From assembly GCA_016874755.1 (NCBI GenBank), contig VGTH01000009.1, positions 4,933 to 68,932 of the forward strand: a stretch of DNA of 64,000 nucleotides, in the 5' to 3' direction. Below the pieces are notes generated by a model that saw only the letters and a list, made by a program, of their open reading frames with translations, searched no databases and was not told the DNA's origin. The stretch's first letter is position 1; each line of letters begins with the position of its first letter. The DNA is from Deltaproteobacteria bacterium (GTDB lineage Bacteria > Desulfobacterota > Binatia > UBA9968). Made by a program: the position numbers and the translations under genes. Shown here in pieces: positions 60,387-64,000 of this stretch.

Positions 60387-61424
60387 ATGGCTGTCATCCA
60401 ACTCGATAAGATTACGAAACGCTTCAACGAAGTGTTCGCAGTCAAAGGCTGCGATCTCGAGGTCGCGTCGGGCGAGATCTTGGCTCTGTTGGGCCCATCG
60501 GGGTCCGGTAAGACGACCTTATTGCGGCTGATTGCCGGATTTGAAAAACCCAACGACGGCAAGATCGTCATCGGCGACCGCACCGTCGTCGACGTAGCCC
60601 AGAGCATTTGGCTGCCGGCCGAAGCCCGCGGCGTTGGCATGGTGTTTCAGGACTATGCCCTGTTTCCCCATCTCACCGTAAGTCAAAACATCCAGTTCGG
60701 CCTAAATCAAAAAAACAAGGCGGAAAATCAGGCCCGCGTCGCCGAGCTGCTGCGCGTCACCGAGTTGCAACCCTACTCCGAGCGTTACCCGCACGAGTTG
60801 TCCGGCGGCCAACAGCAGCGCGTCGCGCTGGCGCGTGCGCTGGCGCCGCGCCCGCCGGTGGTCTTGCTTGACGAAGCGTTCAACGGCCTCGATCCGGAGC
60901 TGCGACCGCAAATGCGCAAAGAAGTGGCGGCGGTCCTGCGCCAGATGAAAACCGCTGCGGTGCTGGTCACCCACGACCAGGAGGAAGCCCTCGGCATGGC
61001 CGACAAAGTAGTGGTGATCCGCAATGGCGAAGTGCAACAGGTGGGATCACCGGAGGACGTCTATCACAGCCCGGCGACGGTCTTTGTCGCTAATTTCGTT
61101 GGCCATGCTGATTTCATTCCGGGTGTGGTCGCCAATGAACGGGTGCAGACAGAGTTCGGCGAATTTCCCTGCGGCACGCGTGTCGCTAGCGGGCCGGTGC
61201 AAGTGATGATTCGCCATGAAGCGGTCAACGCCAAACCCGGCGGCGTCCTCGCCACGGTTGAAGAACGCGAGTTTCTCGGCGGCGAAATCCTTTACCGTCT
61301 GCGCCTCCCCTCCGGCGCGACGGTTCATTTCGAGCAACGCCGCCCCGTGCACTGGCCAGTCGGCCATCAGATCGCCATCGAAGTCCATCTGCCCCACGCC
61401 GTCGTCTTCCCCGAGCCTCAATAG
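60387..61424 (+). CDS. fbpC: Fe3+ ABC transporter ATP-binding protein (FbpC-like)
   Basis: GPSGSGKTT, VFQDYALFPHL, LSGGQQQR, LLDE, VTHD, TOBE-like tail. Confidence 0.85.
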   Translation: MAVIQLDKITKRFNEVFAVKGCDLEVASGEILALLGPSGSGKTTLLRLIAGFEKPNDGKIVIGDRTVVDVAQSIWLPAEARGVGMVFQDYALFPHLTVSQNIQFGLNQKNKAENQARVAELLRVTELQPYSERYPHELSGGQQQRVALARALAPRPPVVLLDEAFNGLDPELRPQMRKEVAAVLRQMKTAAVLVTHDQEEALGMADKVVVIRNGEVQQVGSPEDVYHSPATVFVANFVGHADFIPGVVANERVQTEFGEFPCGTRVASGPVQVMIRHEAVNAKPGGVLATVEEREFLGGEILYRLRLPSGATVHFEQRRPVHWPVGHQIAIEVHLPHAVVFPEPQ

Positions 61425-61505
61425 GCAACAATTTCGCCTGAGTTTGCGCTCGTAGGGTGGCAGCTTCGCCGTCAGCCCATACCTGCGCCATGAGCTTAAG
61501 TGCTA

Positions 61506-61534
61506 ATTGACAAAGCCCGATGTTTTGATTATAC
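61506..61534 (+). promoter_or_regulatory. Putative sigma70 promoter for the binding-protein gene
   Basis: TTGACA-17-TATACG. Confidence 0.4.
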
Positions 61535-61638
61535 GAAGATTTATAATTTGGTTCGCAGCAAATAGAGTTTGCCGAATTCGCATTCATGTTGACAGCGGGT
61601 AGCAACATTGAAACTGAGCTAGGCCAATCGGAGGAATC

Positions 61639-62679
61639 TTGAAACCCTTTTCGCGCGCGAAATTGTTGAGTTATGCACTGACACTGGCGCTGCTTTCGTG
61701 GTCTGCCGTGGCCCAGACGCAGTCAAAAACTTTGAACCTCTACACCGCGCGCCACTATTCCACCGATGAGGCATTCTATAGCGGCTTTACGAAACTGACC
61801 GGCATCAAGATCAACCGCATCGAAGGCGGCGAAGACGCCCTCTTCGAGCGCATCAAAGCGGAGGGCGCAGCCAGCCCAGCGGATGTTTTTCTCACCGTCG
61901 ATGTCGCGCGCATCTGGCGCGCCGAGCAGGCAGGGATTTTTGAAGCGCTCAAGTCGGCCGTATTGACCAAGCAAGTACCGGCGCATTTTCGTGCCGCCAA
62001 CAACACCTGGTTCGGCTTCTCGTCGCGCGCCCGAGTCATCGCCTACGACCGCAGCAAGGTGAGCCCCGGCGACATCGCGCGCTACGAAGACTTGGCGGGT
62101 CCAAAATGGAAGAAAGAAATTTGCACGCGCTCAAGCAGTCATCCTTATAACCTCTCGCTCATCTCGAGCATGATCCATCACTTAGGCGAAGACAAAGCGC
62201 GCGAATGGGCGCGCGGCGTGGCCGGCAATCTAGCGCGGCCGCCGCGCGGCGGCGACACCGATCAACTGAAAGCGGTCGATGTTGGCGAATGTTCCATCGC
62301 CCTCGCCAATCACTACTACTACCTGCGCCTGCTGCGCTCGGCCAAAACGGAGGACCGAGCGCTGGTCGAAAGAGTCAAAATCGTCTGGCCCAACCAGAAT
62401 GATCGGGGCACCCATCTCAATATCTCGGGCGGCGGTCTGCTCAAGACCGCGCCCAACCGCGATGGCGGAATTAAGTTTCTCGAATACCTGGCGAGCGACA
62501 CCGCGCAGACTTACTTTGCCAACGGCAACAATGAATGGCCGACGGTAAAGGGCGTCAAGCTCGACAATCCCGCCCTGGAGCAGTTCGGCCGATTCCGCAC
62601 CGATTCCTTACCGCTGGCAAAGCTTGGCGAAACTCAGGCGGCGGCGCAAAAAATGGCCGATCAAGTCGGCTGGAAGTGA
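61639..62679 (+). CDS. futA: Fe3+ ABC transporter substrate-binding protein (FutA/FbpA-like)
   Basis: LYTARHY, SPADVFLTVD, RSSSHPYN.SL, GGDTDQ, NHYY. Confidence 0.9.
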   Translation: MKPFSRAKLLSYALTLALLSWSAVAQTQSKTLNLYTARHYSTDEAFYSGFTKLTGIKINRIEGGEDALFERIKAEGAASPADVFLTVDVARIWRAEQAGIFEALKSAVLTKQVPAHFRAANNTWFGFSSRARVIAYDRSKVSPGDIARYEDLAGPKWKKEICTRSSSHPYNLSLISSMIHHLGEDKAREWARGVAGNLARPPRGGDTDQLKAVDVGECSIALANHYYYLRLLRSAKTEDRALVERVKIVWPNQNDRGTHLNISGGGLLKTAPNRDGGIKFLEYLASDTAQTYFANGNNEWPTVKGVKLDNPALEQFGRFRTDSLPLAKLGETQAAAQKMADQVGWK

Positions 62680-62702
62680 TCGTCCAGCGCAGCTAGCTCG
62701 CT

Positions 62703-64000
62703 ATGACAACGCTCGCGGCCACGCTTCGCACGCGCGTTTTCAAAGAGGAATCCCTCAATCGCATCGGCGCACTCGGCTTCGTTTCGCTGGTCACGGCAGC
62801 GCTGGTCGTAGCCCCGATCGTCGCTGTGGTCTGGAATATTGTTCTGCCCAGCGAAGCGACCTGGTCGCACCTCGCCTCCACGGTCCTGCCGGAGTACATT
62901 CTCAACACTTTGTTATTGCTCGCGCTCGTCGCCGTCGGCGTGATCACGAGCGGTGTTTCAGTCGCCTGGCTGGTGACCAACTATCGATTTCCCGGCCAAC
63001 GCATTCTCGAGTGGGCACTGGTCCTGCCCATGGCGATGCCAGCCTACGTCATGGCCTACGCCTACACGGATTGGCTGCAAGCGGCCGGGCCAGTGCAAAC
63101 AACGCTGCGCGAACTAACCGGTTGGCGCGTGCGTGAATACTGGTTCCCGGAAATCCGCTCGCTGCCCGGCGCCGCCGCCATGCTTTCCTTTGCGCTCTAT
63201 CCTTATGTGTATTTGCTCGCGCGCAGCGCCTTTATCGATCAATCGCGCAGCACCCACGAAGCCGCCCAGCTCGCCGGCTACGGCGTGTGGGGACGCTTTT
63301 GGCATGTGTCGCTGCCGCTGGCGCGCACCGGCATTGTCGCCGGCGCGGCGCTCGCGTTGATGGAAACCCTGGCCGATTTTGGCACCGTTTCTTATTTTGC
63401 CGTGAACACTTTCACAACCGGCATCTATCGCGCCTGGCTATCGCTCGGCGATGCGGTGGCGGCAGGGCAGCTGGCGACCTGCTTGCTGGTGTTTGTCTTT
63501 ACCATGCTCGCCATCGAGCGCCGCCAGCGCGGCCGGGCGCGCTACGCCGGCAAGCGCAATCCCATGCCGCCGCAGCCACTGAGCGGCTGGCGAGCTTGGG
63601 GTGCTTGCGCTTTGTGCAGCGCGCCGATTGCGTTTGGCTTTGTCATTCCCGCGGCGATCTTGCTCAAACTCACGCTCACCAATCCCGAGGTACAGTTCGG
63701 CGCGCACCTCTACGGCCTGGTCTTCAATACCTTTATTCTCGCCGGCATCGCCGCCGTCGCTGCCGTCGCCGTCGCGCTCCTGCTCGCCTACGCGGCACGC
63801 ACGCTGACGAGCCCGCTGGTGCACGGCGCCAATCGCGTCGCAGTCCTAGGCTACGCGCTGCCCGGCGCGGTGATCGCCGTCGGCATTCTTTTTCCGCTCG
63901 GGATAATCGACAACGCCGTGATAGCGTTGCTGCGCGAATACTTCGGCATCAAGTCCGGACTGCTGTTAACCGGCTCCCTGGTGGCTTTGATCTATGCCTA
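62703..64000 (+). CDS. fbpB: Fe3+ ABC transporter permease (FbpB/FutB-like; runs off the window end)
   Basis: Not in the ORF track. WSHLASTVLPEY, FPG..ILEWALVLPMAMPAYVMAYAY, LYPYVYLLAR, METLADFG, GYALPGAV. Confidence 0.9.
   Translation, partial: MTTLAATLRTRVFKEESLNRIGALGFVSLVTAALVVAPIVAVVWNIVLPSEATWSHLASTVLPEYILNTLLLLALVAVGVITSGVSVAWLVTNYRFPGQRILEWALVLPMAMPAYVMAYAYTDWLQAAGPVQTTLRELTGWRVREYWFPEIRSLPGAAAMLSFALYPYVYLLARSAFIDQSRSTHEAAQLAGYGVWGRFWHVSLPLARTGIVAGAALALMETLADFGTVSYFAVNTFTTGIYRAWLSLGDAVAAGQLATCLLVFVFTMLAIERRQRGRARYAGKRNPMPPQPLSGWRAWGACALCSAPIAFGFVIPAAILLKLTLTNPEVQFGAHLYGLVFNTFILAGIAAVAAVAVALLLAYAARTLTSPLVHGANRVAVLGYALPGAVIAVGILFPLGIIDNAVIALLREYFGIKSGLLLTGSLVALIYA

Overview
64 kb of GC-rich bacterial chromosome. 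The gene content (many orphan solute-binding proteins, amidohydrolases, LLM/TPP enzymes, dense intergenic palindromic repeats) suggests a deltaproteobacterial-like lineage such as Ca. Binatia; this is inference only. The left half holds a TctCBA transporter, two type II toxin-antitoxin pairs and core genes (mutM, rsmA, tsaD, PBP1B, degQ, cysK-larE, gpmI, rsfS, nadD, proAB, obgE, rpmA, rplU). The middle is mostly small-molecule uptake and catabolic genes plus an orphan MshEN-repeat GspE/PilB ATPase. The standout is an RNA-repair locus at 53.2-57.4 kb: Ro60/Rsr (TROVE), a 530-bp 'intergenic' array of four predicted Y RNAs, rtcB and rtcA. Two of the RNAs are circularly permuted tRNA mimics (YrlA-like); two are minimal 68-70 nt forms with no tRNA domain, one bracketed by inverted REPs. 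All three protein genes look damaged and rtcR is absent. The window ends in a DtxR/MntR regulator and an Fe3+ ABC transporter. Several non-autonomous mobile elements are visible (mini-IS1182, a 132-bp element with related ends, a 265-bp MITE family). All calls were made by eye from motifs and base-pairing; no searches were run.
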